Assembly (NCBI GenBank): GCA_951406725.2
Contig: OX597814.1
Location: forward strand, 182,342,001 to 182,406,000
DNA from: Octopus vulgaris
Lineage: Eukaryota
Direction: 5' to 3'
DNA: 64,000 nt
In this document: positions 63,961 through 64,000 of the stretch, in pieces
How the letters are laid out: every line of letters begins with the position of its first letter
Position numbering within the stretch: the stretch's first letter is position 1
Notes under the pieces: model-generated
What the model saw: only the letters and a program-made list of their open reading frames with translations
Databases searched by the model: none
Told to the model about the DNA's origin: nothing
Made by a program: the position numbers and the translations under genes

Positions 63961-64000
63961 CTAAGATGTTCGTTTGTGTAACTGCAGCACAGTCCCAGAT

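Overview
Eukaryotic, AT-rich, repeat-dominated DNA with dense (TA)n/(CA)n/(TACA)n microsatellites. The SINE set resembles what I recall from octopus/coleoid cephalopod genomes; this is an inference, not a database result. The only convincing host coding region is a minus-strand Ser/Thr kinase exon (TSSK/CAMK-like, 23592-24540) with unusual catalytic motifs. There is also a probable heavily decayed tandem-DED caspase (caspase-8/cFLIP-like) pseudogene at about 14660-15780. The rest is mobile DNA: RTE LINEs, Penelope-like elements (two Naiad-type remnants and one other RT fragment), three or four tRNA-derived SINE families, mariner and pogo/Tigger MITEs, a GGATC-ended MITE carrying telomeric repeats, non-autonomous Helitrons and a Chapaev3-like transposase remnant. 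The most interesting signal is a set of about ten short non-coding elements carrying hammerhead-ribozyme (HHR) folds. These include canonical cores, an A6U core found twice, G3:C8-swapped cores found twice, and one element joining a tRNA-like pol III head to an HHR, and several are head-to-head foldbacks. A second signal is a Nin-domain SINE that repeatedly inserts at, truncates at and multimerises through one GGTAT motif. All calls were made by eye, so repeat boundaries are approximate to a few bases.
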